From Eledone cirrhosa (taxonomy: Eukaryota), in assembly GCA_964016885.1 (NCBI GenBank), contig OZ024743.1, positions 119,970,001 to 120,034,000 of the forward strand: a stretch of 64,000 nucleotides of DNA, written 5' to 3'. The notes beneath the pieces were generated by a model. The model was not told the DNA's origin, made no database searches, and saw only the letters and a program-made list of their open reading frames with translations. A program made the translations under genes and the position numbers. Shown piece after piece: positions 16,266 through 29,145 of this stretch. Every line of letters begins with the position of its first letter. The first letter of the stretch is position 1.

Positions 16266-16735
16266 AAATACGTATGTGTGCGTGAGGCGGGGGCGAGTAT
16301 GCATATATGTAAGTATACCTTGATGTACGTATGTGAGTGAGTCTCTCTGACTATGTGTGGCCGTGTGTATGTGAAAATGTGTATGTATATAACACATATG
16401 AAAAGAGGTGTGATATAACAAAAAAATAAATACACCCTTGTAATTTTTATCACAAAGCAACTGAAATATTCATAGAAACTAAAATGAGAAGGAACTTGTT
16501 ATTTCTCAGGAATAGAGTATCTATTCTGAAAGAGTAATACCTTCTCCGTGCTTTTGTTCGTAAATTACATTCTTTCATATTCTTTATGCATATTTTTTTT
16601 TAGCTAAAGCTAATCTCAAATTATAATGCTATGAAAAAAATTATCTTCCAATCGATATATCGACTCTAGCGAATGAACTAAAATAATATTTATATGTACA
16701 TCTATATCTCTCTATCTATTAACTATCTCTCTATC

Positions 16736-16777
<42 letters not shown>

Positions 16778-16833
16778 TATGTATACATATATATATATGT
16801 ATATATATATACATATATATGTATACATATATA

Positions 16834-16961
<128 letters not shown>

Positions 16962-17295
16962 TATATACATATATATATACATATATATGTTTATATATAT
17001 ATATGTGTGTATGTGTTAGAATATTTCTCTTCCATTTAAAATTATGACAATGATAATAACAACAACAACAACAACAACGATAAAGACAATAATGATGATG
17101 ACAATGATGATGATAAAAAGAAAGAATATCTTTTTAAGTTGAAATGAATCTGAGTTCAAAGACATTTTATTCCATAACACAGTTGAGAAAGAACAATCCA
17201 ATATATAGCAACACGTCGCACACGCACAGTCACACACACACACACGCGCGCACACAAACACAAACACACTCACTGACGGGCACAAAAACACACAC

Positions 17296-17382
<87 letters not shown>

Positions 17383-17439
17383 TAATTATACATAAATACA
17401 TATACATGCACTCATGCCTATATATATGTGTGTGTGTGT

Positions 17440-17545
<106 letters not shown>

Positions 17546-18099
17546 ATCCCGGGTTCAATCGGGCGTAACCACAGTAAGTAAGGTACTCAATACATAGCAG
17601 AGTATAAATACTTAATATAGAAATGGCTTCTACAGGACTAGAACTGTTTCATTCGTAGGAAATGATGAGGAAAGAGAGAGAAAGAGGGAGAGAGAGGGGG
17701 AAGAGAGAGAGAGTGAGTGAGTGAAGGATACACGATCATATGGGTTCGATAGCTAGACCAGTTAACAGTCTGTGTCCTTGATGAAAACACCTCATTTCAC
17801 TTTTCATCAGTTCACATAACTTTCCATAAAATCGTAATAAGCTCCAGTCTTCATACTAAAACGGATGTAAAAGGTTTACTCTTTCTTTCTCCCTCTCGCT
17901 CCTTATCTCATGTATACATATGTTTATATATCGAGGCCTCATTCTTTCGTAATATAAAATCACTCTCAAATAACTATGAATTATTTTATAAATTGCTTTA
18001 TTATATACGTTTTATTTGTTTGAGTACATTTATGATAAAAAAAAAAATCCAACTACGAGGATTCAAGAGAACGTATTGGACAATAATAATACATCTATC

Positions 18100-18445
18100 A
18101 TGGGGAAAATTTCTTGGAAAATGATTGTTAGTCTTAAAAACCCAGTGGATGAAAATAGACCTTTCAGTTTGATGGTTCAAAGTTAGATATTTTTTTTTAT
18201 ATTTTCAAACTTTTGGTTATACGCACGATACATGGTTCCTATTTCTGAGTGTTGAACTATGACTTTGCATTAAGTAACAGTTAGTAGTGTTATACTATAT
18301 CTTTTCCCAAAATCACATCATAGAGTATCACACTGCACCATACGTTTATGTGGTTCCACAACCTTCTACACAAAGCAGCTAAATCTCTCAAACATTAACT
18401 CCATCTTCTTTGATAATAAATATTGATAATATATAGTTCTGCGTT
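18100..18445 (-). mobile_element. Highly decayed 3' fragment of an L1/Tx1-type ORF2
   Basis: Frameshifted translations RTIYYQYLLSKKMEL, LWNHINVW..DVILGK and KKYLTLNHQTERSIF resemble an L1-clade C-terminus. Confidence 0.35.
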
Positions 18446-18800
18446 TCCAGCAAGTAATGAAAAGACGGGATGGCCATGGCTAGAATGCCACTAGTCAGAA
18501 TTAAACAAACTCTCAAAATTAAGCAAACAACAACTATTGATGCTTTTACGGTGATCATCAAACTGTACAATGCAGGTAGATTCAGCATGGGTAGTCTAAA
18601 CTCCATTTCAAACTGTTCATTAAGTATTGTAATAATCAGTGTAAAATACATATAATTTATGTTTGGTTTACACGTATATAAATGTACATGTAACGTAGAT
18701 GATTCACTGACAAATACCAGAAGAGAAATAGACCTTCATATTACTACAAACACACGTAGCAGGCTCATTGAAACCCATAGCCAGGTCATTTCTGTGGTTT
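18445..18800 (-). pseudogene. Decayed fragment of a VGAT/VIAAT-like (SLC32, Aa_trans family) amino-acid transporter
   Basis: LPALYS..LILRVCLILTSGILAMAIPSFHYLL resembles VGAT [31 protein letters not shown] (recalled, aligned by eye); in-frame TGA at 18736-18738. Confidence 0.5.
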
Positions 18801-18945
18801 GGCCTGGTGATGAATATCAATTCTTCATATCTTCTGACATACATCACTATTTATTCTATGATCGTATTTCCATGTCCTCAAGCTTCAATCACTCCGACAC
18901 ATTTAGTGGTCCGGTGTCAACGACGATGACGGTGTTAATCTTATA

Positions 18946-19159
18946 ATTAATGATGATTTCTAGTATAGGCACAAGACCAGTAATTTGTAGGGAGGGGAAA
19001 GTCGATTAAATCGACCCCAGTACGTTACTGGTGCTTTATTTTATCGACCCCGTAAGGATGAAAGGCAAAGTTAACCTCGGTGGGATTTGAACTCAGACCG
19101 TAAAGGACCGTAACTCTATGCTGCAAAGCATGGTGTCCGACTCTCTACCGATACTGCCA
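18946..19159 (-). mobile_element. Meta-domain SINE (long 3' variant)
   Basis: Consensus match including the GTCGATTAAATCGAC hairpin. Confidence 0.92.
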
Positions 19160-19270
19160 TTAATGATGCAATATCGATAACAACCGACCTTAATAACTAT
19201 TGATAATTTTACATATTTCTTCCATTTATTTTTGTCTGTCCCTCTTCTCCTCATTCTCTCTATCATTCTT

Positions 19271-19346
<76 letters not shown>

Positions 19347-19804
19347 AATATTGAAAAGTCCGTCTCGCCCAGAATCATTTGAGGGCGGGTTAAGGGTTGG
19401 AATATATGGATGATGTCTGAGGTACGGAGTTTTTGGTGGATGTCTTAGCTCTAATATAGACATTTAGTTCATGATTGGTTCGATTTTTACGAATGTAATA
19501 TTTATGTGTTTGGAATCCGATGGTCTTGTCCACTAGATGATTTGTTTATTGTTGGCTTTGTTTTTACATTATTTAGACATAGGGCATTCGATGATTGCTT
19601 GCATTTGTTCTGTGTTAGTATATAGTGTATATATGTGTAGTATAAGTGTATATGTATATTTAGGGTAGTTATCGAAGGCGAATGACTGGTTTAAGCAAAT
19701 AAAATTTAAATCTCAATATCATTTATAGCTCAATATGATTTTATAGGTGTTATAGTCAACAGCAAGATAGGTAATGAACTGTTTAGTGTTTAATCCAATG
19801 GGCA

Positions 19805-20270
19805 AATTTCTCCCTGAGAATAACATTTAGGTATACACATGCTGAATCTCCCCGAGAATTACATTTAAGCGTACATATGCTGAATTTCCCTGAGAATTAC
19901 ATTTAAGCATTCACATGCCGAATCTCCCTGAGAATTACATTTAAGGATACACATGCTGAATCTCCCTGAGAATTATATTTAAGCGTACGCATGCTGAATC
20001 TTCCGGAGAATTACATTTAAGCCTTCTCATGCTGAATCTCCCTGGGAATTACATTTAAGCGTACACATGCTGAATCTCCCTGATAATTATATCTAAGCAT
20101 ACACATGCTGAATCTCCCTGAGAATTACATTGGAACATACACATGCTGAATCTCCCTGAGAATTACATTTGAACATACACATGATGAATCTCCCTGAGAA
20201 TTATATTTAAGCATACATATGCTGAGTCTCCCTGAGAATTACATTTAAGCGAAGACATGCTGAATCTCCC
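19805..20270. repeat. 38-bp minisatellite, about 12 copies
   Basis: Unit AATTACATTTAAGCGTACACATGCTGAATCTCCCTGAG; GAGAA at 19816, 19854, 19892. Confidence 0.95.
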
Positions 20271-20382
20271 ATCAATTGAAGAATACATGTAATCTAGAAT
20301 AACTAATTTTTAGCATGTTTTGCTTCCTTCTTCTCATGTAGGGACCACTTTCATTCCCGGGCAACGCCGGATACCTCTGCTA

Positions 20383-20477
<95 letters not shown>

Positions 20478-20643
20478 TAATATATCTAATATATACGCAT
20501 GTACTACTGGATCTTTTTCCTCTTTTTCTTTCTAATTCTCGCCTTCTCACAAATTTCTCTCTTGCTCACTTTCTCCCTTCCTATCTATCTATCTATGATA
20601 TCTATTCATCCAACTATCTACCCATCCATATATATATATATAT

Positions 20644-20700
<57 letters not shown>

Positions 20701-20776
20701 CGGAGGAAATGTGGTAAGGAACCAGGTGGACCATAACGCACCAAAGTACTCAATACTTAGGGTAGTAGAGTGGGTA

Positions 20777-20905
20777 ATAGGAACGAGTAGGACCCCGACG
20801 GCTGAGCTCAAGCCGTTTCGACGGCTAATTCTGGACTAAATTTTAGTCCAGAATTAGCCGTCGAAACGGCTTGAGCTCAGCCGTCGGGGTCCTACTCGTT
20901 CCTAT
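20777..20905. repeat. Perfect inverted repeat with 64-bp arms and 1-nt spacer
   Basis: 20777-20840 is the exact reverse complement of 20842-20905. Confidence 0.97.
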
Positions 20906-20950
20906 ATATATATATATAGGAACGAGTAGTATATATATATATATATAGCA

Positions 20951-21083
20951 GGGGTCCGACGAGCTTTTGATTCCAGAGTCGGGCCAGTCAGTTCGATACA
21001 GATCGAACCTTGAGCTGATCTATAGCGAAACGCGCGTCACTACACAATAAACGTAATGAAGGCATAACAATTCGTCCTTTTAC

Positions 21084-21085
<2 letters not shown>
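20951..21085 (+). ncRNA. Degenerate hammerhead motif in a Penelope pLTR-like remnant
   Basis: CCGACGA-GCT..AGC-GAAACGCGCGTC, then AATAAA, flanked by (TA)n; GAAACGCGCGTC is typical of PLE minimal hammerheads. Confidence 0.55.
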
Positions 21086-21158
<73 letters not shown>

Positions 21159-21529
21159 TATATATAAACATCACATAATTAGAAGACAGCACTGGAATTT
21201 GAAAATTGCATTGAATTGGTAATTTTCACCGATCAGTTTATAATATGAAAAAGAAGCATGAAAAAAAATAGAATGAGGAAAGCGTGTCAGAGTTTTAATT
21301 AGTAAAAGGGCCCGGAAAAAAGATTTTTTTTTAGTTAATCCTCAGTTCGAAAAAATAAAGGAAGGAGTGAGGCACTGAAAAGAAAAGATAGTTGTGAGAT
21401 AGTAGAAAATATAGTGTTAAGTATTATATAAAGGAACGATCGACTTTCATCAAATCGGACCGAGGAAACAATGTTTCCGTTGGTCTTTCCAATTGCTAAT
21501 ACTATCTATCGGTCGCAACTCCAGGTAGA

Positions 21530-21650
21530 AGGAGCAACGTGAAATAAAGTGTCTTGCTCAAGGACATAACGCATCGCCCGGCCCAGGAATTGAACTCACC
21601 ACCTCACGATTGTGAATCCAATTCTCTAACCACTCAGCCACACGCCTTCA
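21530..21650 (-). mobile_element. tRNA-headed SINE (second family)
   Basis: Reverse complement reads GGCGTGTGGCTGAGTGGTTAGAG..GAGTTCAATTCC..TGTCCTTGAGCAAGACACTTTATTTCAC. Confidence 0.75.
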
Positions 21651-22133
21651 CACGCCTATTATATAAATATATGATAAAACAAACAACAAAAAACATAATA
21701 CAAAGCAAAATGTTATAAATGGAATGTATGATAGTTCTATGCTAATTTGCTTAATCCGGGTGGTGTACACTTCCGAAATTTGAGTAATTATACTTGTTGA
21801 AATGATGGTATTTAGTGAAGAATTCTGATCTTGTATTTTGATCATTCACAGAATTGTTGCTATGATAGAGGGAGAGAGATGGAGGTGGTGGTGGGGGATA
21901 GGGTTTGTTTACGCGGGAAACGAAGAAAGTGAGAGAGAATGAATAAATGATAGATAAAGAAAGTAGTGAAGAGGAAAAATTGCATAGAGACAAAACAGAA
22001 AAAAAAAACAAAAAAAAACAAGAAAGAATTTGAAGGAAAAAGGGATAATATATTTGATGAGAGGTACATGTGTGTTAAGAAAAAAGAAGACATTTACAGC
22101 TCATACTTATGCAGGTTTAACTAGTCTCATGAG

Positions 22134-22208
22134 TGGCAAGTTGGTGTAAATAGGTAGCACCCTTATCACGAAAATAAAGGGTGTGGGTTTGATACCTGCT
22201 GATGCCCA
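22134..22208 (+). tRNA. tRNA-like pseudogene or isolated SINE head; isotype not assignable
   Basis: A box TGGTGTAAATAGG, B box GGTTTGATACC, GGCA/TGCC acceptor pairing, about 75 nt, T6 directly after. Confidence 0.5.
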
Positions 22209-22231
22209 TTTTTTCCGTTCTCGGCGATTAT

Positions 22232-22653
22232 AATCATCTTTGTCTTTAATCCTTACGGGGTCGATAAAATAAAGTACCAGTAATACACTGGGTAATTGCT
22301 GGCCTTGTGCCTAACGTAGAAACAATTATTAATATTCAGTTTGTTTACCAGTAAACAGCCTCATAAAGCACCACGTGGTAGATGACAATGTTCCAGTGGT
22401 AGCTGAGAGAAAACAATCGACAATTGACAATTGTTTCGGATTGTCTTGTTCCCCCAAATTATTGGCCTTGTGCCTAAATCAGAAACCATTATTTTCTCTT
22501 TCTCTTCTTCTGTAAATCCTCCAGGAACTCAGCCTCTTCACCCCTTCTCCCACCACCCAGGATCCCTTTCAATCATATTTATATTTATATTTATATCCTT
22601 GCTTTTATCTGCAAACGCTAAAAATGATATTGTTCTTTTGATACAAGGGGTAC

Positions 22654-22707
<54 letters not shown>

Positions 22708-23150
22708 GACAGGACCAAATAAAACTCTATGTCCACTACTAACCTTTTTTAGTTCCTTTCACAAACCCCAAACACTGAACTTTCAACACAATTGAACCCC
22801 GCCTTGATACCCACACAAAACACACACACATCAGAATGCCCTCTGGACCATTCCCGCCGAGGTTGACTTTGCCTTTCATCCTTACGGGGTCGATAAAATA
22901 AAGTACCAGTAATGCACTGGTTAATTGCTGACTTTGTGCGTAAAGTAGAAACAATTATGAATATTGACAGTATTGGTAGAGGGTCGGACGCCATGCTTTG
23001 CAGCAAAGAGTTACGTCCCTTTATGGTCTGAGTTAAAATCCCGCCGAGGTTTGCCTTGACTTTGCCTTTCATCCTTACGGGGTCGATAAAATAAGGCACC
23101 AGTAATACACTGGATAATTGCTGGCCTTGTGCCAAATGTAGAAACAATTA
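22232..23150 (+). mobile_element. Meta-domain SINE copies (22232-22330, 22850-22957, 22963-23150)
   Basis: Consensus match; 5' truncated. Confidence 0.9.
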
Positions 23151-23259
23151 TGAATGTTAAGAGCATTTTTATTTTTGACCAAGTGAATTCAATTGAATCT
23201 TGACTTGTTAAGCATCACGTCCATCTTCACCATCTTACCTCCATAAAGAACATATATAT

Positions 23260-23480
23260 ATAAGAAGAAAATTCACATTTATTCAAACTGCTCACAGAAT
23301 ACATGAAAAGACATTTTTTTATAAATATTTAATATTTAATATTTGATGAGATTGTTATACCAATCGAAACCGGTTATAATTAATGCAACAATTATAAAAA
23401 TATTTATTCTGTCGGAGTAAAGAAAAAGTAATCTTTAAATATACTTCTGTGCATTTTCACCTTCACTTTTTAACTACATA
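23260..23480 (+). mobile_element. Penelope-like element 3' end with minimal type I hammerhead (23336-23383)
   Basis: TTGATGA-GATTG-ttatac-CAATC-GAAA-CCGGTT with stem I TTAATAT/ATAATTAA; upstream KKKIHIYSNC resembles a PLE C-terminus; (TA)n flanks. Confidence 0.65.
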
Positions 23481-23555
23481 TATATAGGGGGTGTAGGCGC
23501 GTGTGTGTGTGAGAGAGAGTGTGTGGAGGCGGAGCCGGGTGGCATGCGTGTGTGC

Positions 23556-23655
<100 letters not shown>

Positions 23656-25004
23656 CTAACTTGGTCATTTGCAATTGGAACACATGTATACTTATATCTG
23701 TGTTCACCCTTCTCATATATCCAATTATATTACACGGCTCGGAAAGATTCCCTTCTTTGAGCTATTTAATTGTAAAAGAATATTTTGAGTTTCTAACTCA
23801 ATCTATGAGATATCTATATATATATATATATATATGCTCTTCTTTTTTCTTTTAGCTATCCTCTTCCACTATATCTTATATCTATGTTGTGCGTGTGTAT
23901 CAGAGTGTGTATGTGTAAACATCATTCTCTCTTTCCCTTCTTTCTCACGTCTTTCTGCTATCCAATTCTTCTCCTTCTCGGCCTCCCTTTCGCTTTATTT
24001 TTCTCTCTCTTTCATCCCTCCTCTACCTGACTTTCTCTTCCCTCTCTCTCTCTCTTTCTCCCTCTCCTTCTCTCTCTCTTTATCTTTTTTTTCTCTCCTG
24101 TTTCTCTTCCCGTTGATAGCAGTTATCAGTGTTATAACCTAACGTGTCTGACATCTTCACTACTCCGGCAAGAAATCGGTCGATTCCAATCGTTTACACC
24201 GTACAACTGATTACGTTTATGGTGTGGTCAGCCAGGCGACTTTATCGGGTTGTAAATTCGACCAAGCGGCGCTGCTCACCAGTAACTTTTATCATTTTCG
24301 TTCCTGCTCAATAATCCAGTTGCCCGCACGGACCATTGGCCTTAACACTTTCTAACTTACATACAACCAGAATTCTTCTCTTCAAACACTCCGACCAAAA
24401 TGATATCATTTACTTTTAAATGTCATTCTCCTTCCTGTTTTCTTTCTCGTCGTTCTTTTCTTGTTTGCGTTCCTCCATTTTGTTATTTATCTGTTCGTTC
24501 TCTTGTTTCTCGAGATTCTTGATTCTCTTCTTTGTCTCACACATCTCGTTTGAAAACAAAAACCCTCTCCAACTCTCTCCAACATTCTCCACTCCTAGCA
24601 ACAAACTACTCCGCACACACCACACCAGAACACACTACACCACACTATAGCTACACTACACAACACGAAACATTACTACACAAATACATTAAACGCAAGT
24701 ACACAACCTAACACACAGATGTACATGAGCTCTTTTCTTCAAGAATTTATCCTTGCGACAATGTCAAATTAATGATGCAGGTTATTTTGCCGATTCTTTC
24801 GTGAAATTTGCAGAACGAATAAACGACATAGATCTTCCATATTCCAACAAGTTTTAGCAGTAAACCAATAAAACGACATCACCATCTGACTTATCGAATG
24901 ATAAACTGACCTTTATTTTGGAAGCGAAAGTGGAAATTAGGAAAACAGATAGAGCGTGGAAAACATATATAGTGTGCGTACAGATGTGTACGTTATAATC
25001 TATG

Positions 25005-25130
<126 letters not shown>

Positions 25131-25231
25131 AATACATACATATATATACATATATAAATGCATACATACATACATATATATATGTGTGTGTGTATGAGTG
25201 TTTAATATATAAATACATATATATACACGCA

Positions 25232-25381
<150 letters not shown>

Positions 25382-25780
25382 TATGTATATATATATACAG
25401 ATAAATATGTAGGTGGATAATATATTTTACATATGTAAGTGGCAGTTACTTGATATACAAGTTTCAGCAAATGCCTGATGTAATTACTTCTCAACACAAA
25501 TGAAATGCAGAACATGCCTCCGATTAAGTATAACCTAAAACATGAAGAATTCAACTTCACTATTCTCCACAAAAAATATAACCATGTCACCTAAACTGAA
25601 CTTATTAAAGGCAAATGAGATCAACAACTAGGGGAAACTTGTATTCTAGGCATCAGCCACTTATTGATACAAAATAAATTATTTTACTCTGCTCTAAGTA
25701 TAGAGGTTATATCGAATAAGGTTTGTAACCTGTATAACATATACCAGTATATGTTTTATAGCAGCTATATTATAACATGA

Positions 25781-25814
<34 letters not shown>

Positions 25815-25829
25815 ATGTGTGTGGGTGTG

Positions 25830-25892
<63 letters not shown>

Positions 25893-26161
25893 AACTATCT
25901 GGTTGTGGAACCAACCAACCAACCAGAAATTTATAAATTTATAAATTTATAAATATATAATAAATTAAATTGAAGTGAAAGCAACTGGTGCGTGTGTTTC
26001 TTATTGGCAACATGACCCTCCCAAAGTATAACAATATCGGTTTCAACACACGATTTCAGATAAAGAATCTTGCTAAACAAATTCAGAAACGAAATATATA
26101 TATATATATATATATAAATACATATATATATACATATATATATACATACACATACACACAC

Positions 26162-26197
<36 letters not shown>

Positions 26198-26523
26198 ATA
26201 TATATATATATGTCAGTATATATATATACATATTTATGTGTGTGTGTGTGAGTGCAAATGTGTATGCATCTACGTGTAGACGTTTATGTATGTACGTGTC
26301 TATGTGAGTACAACTAAGCTAATTAATTGATATATAAGTATACAAATGAGTATTCATAAATATATATACGTGGGTTTGCATTGTGTAGATATGTGAGTTT
26401 GGTGGTGTGTAATTGTTAAAATGCTTCAGCCGACTCATCAAACTATTTTATAGATATCTATTTATTTAATCTGTATTTTCATTGTTTGATTTTCTTTTCT
26501 TTCTCATTTTCTCTCCCTCTCTC

Positions 26524-26606
<83 letters not shown>

Positions 26607-27049
26607 CACTCACTCTATTTCTCTCTCCCTTCTTATTGTTGTTGTTGTTGTTGTTGTTTCTTTGCTGCATTCTACTGAACATTTTGACATAGATATTGGC
26701 TGGTTGCATTTAGTTGCACACTAAAGCAAAGAAGAGAATCAATAAACCATTGCAGAAATTATGCAATTTCAATCGTCACACCGTCGATTGCATCAGCCTC
26801 GTTCTAAAGAATTTTTTATACGCATTCTGATTGGCGGTGGAGAAAAGCGATGACTTTTAAACATTCTAACGATTTTCTTTATTTCAGTCAAAAGATCTTA
26901 ATTTTTTCTCCTTTTTTTTTTATCTTTACTTGCAATAGTTTTGTAACACATTCATAATTCTTTTGTTTCCTTTATTTCATTATTCTTGAATATTTCTTCA
27001 TTTTTTTTTATTCTATCTTTTTATTTTTGTTTCTTGTTACTTTTGCTAT

Positions 27050-27260
27050 AAGTTGTTTAGCCCCAGGTCAGCCGTGATCAAACAGAACTATGATCGAAAC
27101 ATTTCTAGTCATAACTATTCAGTATGTTTATCTTTCAGCCATACTGTATCTAGGACGACATTATGTGTGCTTTCTTGTTTAAAAACAGAGGGGGTGTAGT
27201 ATTAAAGTGAGTTTCCTGTTTTTTCTAGCATGTTGAAAAACTACATAGAAGTTCCCCCGT
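27050..27260 (+). mobile_element. Third interspersed repeat family (also near 28435, 29580, 31120, 52070, 52380; minus strand near 41180, 52620)
   Basis: Shared GTTGTTTAGCCCCAGGTCAGC..CTATGATCAAA..TTTGAG..TTTCTAGCA pattern. Confidence 0.7.
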
Positions 27261-27291
27261 GGCTTATATATTTATACAGAGGGTGAAGCCA

Positions 27292-27737
27292 ATAATGTTT
27301 TCTGATTTAAGCACAAGACCAACTATTTTGGAGGAAGGGAAAGTCGATCCCAGTACATTACTGGTACTTTATTTTATCGACCCAGTAAGGATGAAAGGCA
27401 AAGCTAACCTCGACAGGAATTGAACTCAGATCATAAAGGGACGTAACTCTAGGCTACAAAGTATGTTGTACGAAGCTCTACCGATACTGCCAATCCACCG
27501 CCCTTTGAGTGAAGCCAATAATGATTTATAGTATAGGCACGGGGCCAGTAATTTGGTGGGAAGGGAAAGTCGATTAAATCGACCCCAGTACGTTACTAGT
27601 GCTTTATTTTATCGACCCCGTAAAGATTAAAGGCAAAGTTAACCTCGGCGGGATTTGAACTCCGACCGTAAAGGACCGTAACTCTGTGCTACAAAGCATG
27701 TTTACGAAGCTCTACCGATACTGCCAATCCACCGCTC
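27292..27737 (-). mobile_element. Two tandem Meta-domain SINEs
   Basis: Consensus match; motif GTGAAGCCA(A/G)TAAT present three times (27283, 27509, 27743). Confidence 0.92.
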
Positions 27738-28044
27738 TTTGAGTGAAGCCAGTAATAAAAATTAATAATCTGCCAAAATAGATCATTTTTATTTTTTGTG
27801 TGGCGAGACGTCTTTTGTTTCTTTGGTTTGACAGTAGGTTGTCTTTTCCTACTGTACTTACGTTTTACACTGGTCATTGATTTACAGAATTATAAAATTA
27901 TCAGAAAAATGCCATGTGGTAGTTCTTTTGTCCCTTTACGTCAAATCACTGAAAGATCAACTTTCTTTGTCATTATACTTGAGTCGATATATAAAGTATC
28001 AGTCAAGTTCTGATACCTATTTTTCTTTTCTATCCCCCTCCCCC

Positions 28045-28076
<32 letters not shown>

Positions 28077-28095
28077 CTCTATCTCTCTCTCTCTA

Positions 28096-28134
<39 letters not shown>

Positions 28135-28161
28135 GTATCACCATAATGTTTATTAAACAGC

Positions 28162-28255
<94 letters not shown>

Positions 28256-29035
28256 TTTGCATTTGTTTTCCGTTAAAAAGTAACTTAAACATTTGGTACG
28301 TTTCTTCAAACAGCGGCAAGGTAATTTGTACAGAGCCTGCTTGTCCATCTTTAAATAATTAGAAATACAACTCAGTATGAACACAAACTCACTATAGCGA
28401 AGTATATTTGTAATGCTGTTTGTTGTTGCCGCCGTTATTGTTTAGCCTCAGATCATTCTATAATGCGAACGCCTATGATCAAAAGCCTTTATGACGTCAT
28501 TATCCTGCCCTTTTAAAGATATAGTATATCCGTGCGTCCAATATCCAAGATTCATACACCGTTCTCTTATCGAGATGATAGGGTATGTGGTTTGAGTGAG
28601 ATTTTACTGCTGTTTCTAACAGGTCATGTGAATGTAGAAGTTCTCCTTTTGGCTCCTATATTTTTTGTTTAAACATATAGAATAATTACTGAGTCTTGAA
28701 AACTGGGGAGAATATATCAAAATTTCTCGTAAAGTAAATTAAGGTGCATCTTCCATGTAGCTATGATCTGTGGTTTTCTGGAATTTCGGTGAATGAGCAA
28801 TATCTGGCGAGGATTACTTATCAATAAACACATCATCTGCTCTTCTCACTTTGACCTCTGTGATTTCAATACATAAAACTTTTCCCAGCCCACTTACTCC
28901 GCCCTGATTCATTTAGGGTTGAAACTGGAGCGTTTGTAATTCTCAAAGGTCTTTTTCCATTTGACACACCAGCTCACTAAACACTTTATATTGAAACCTA
29001 AACATCTCTAAGCTTAGCCCTACTCAAATGGCATA

Positions 29036-29145
29036 GATGATTATAATTGTTTCTACGTTAGGCACAAGGCCAGCAATTACCCAGTGCATTACTGGTACTT
29101 TATGTTATCGACCCCGTAAGGATGAAAGACAAAGATGATTATAAT
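29036..29145 (-). mobile_element. 5'-truncated Meta-domain SINE with 13-bp TSD
   Basis: AGATGATTATAAT on both sides. Confidence 0.9.

Noticed and set aside
19350-19650. Possible L1-type C-terminal relic (AIIECP)
   Set aside because: Single short motif only
19805-20270. CRISPR-like periodicity
   Set aside because: No unique spacers, no cas genes, eukaryotic context
28700-28980. Possible minus-strand exon (GTAAGT near 28893; GGVSGLGK motif)
   Set aside because: Frames closed by nearby stops; no recognisable family
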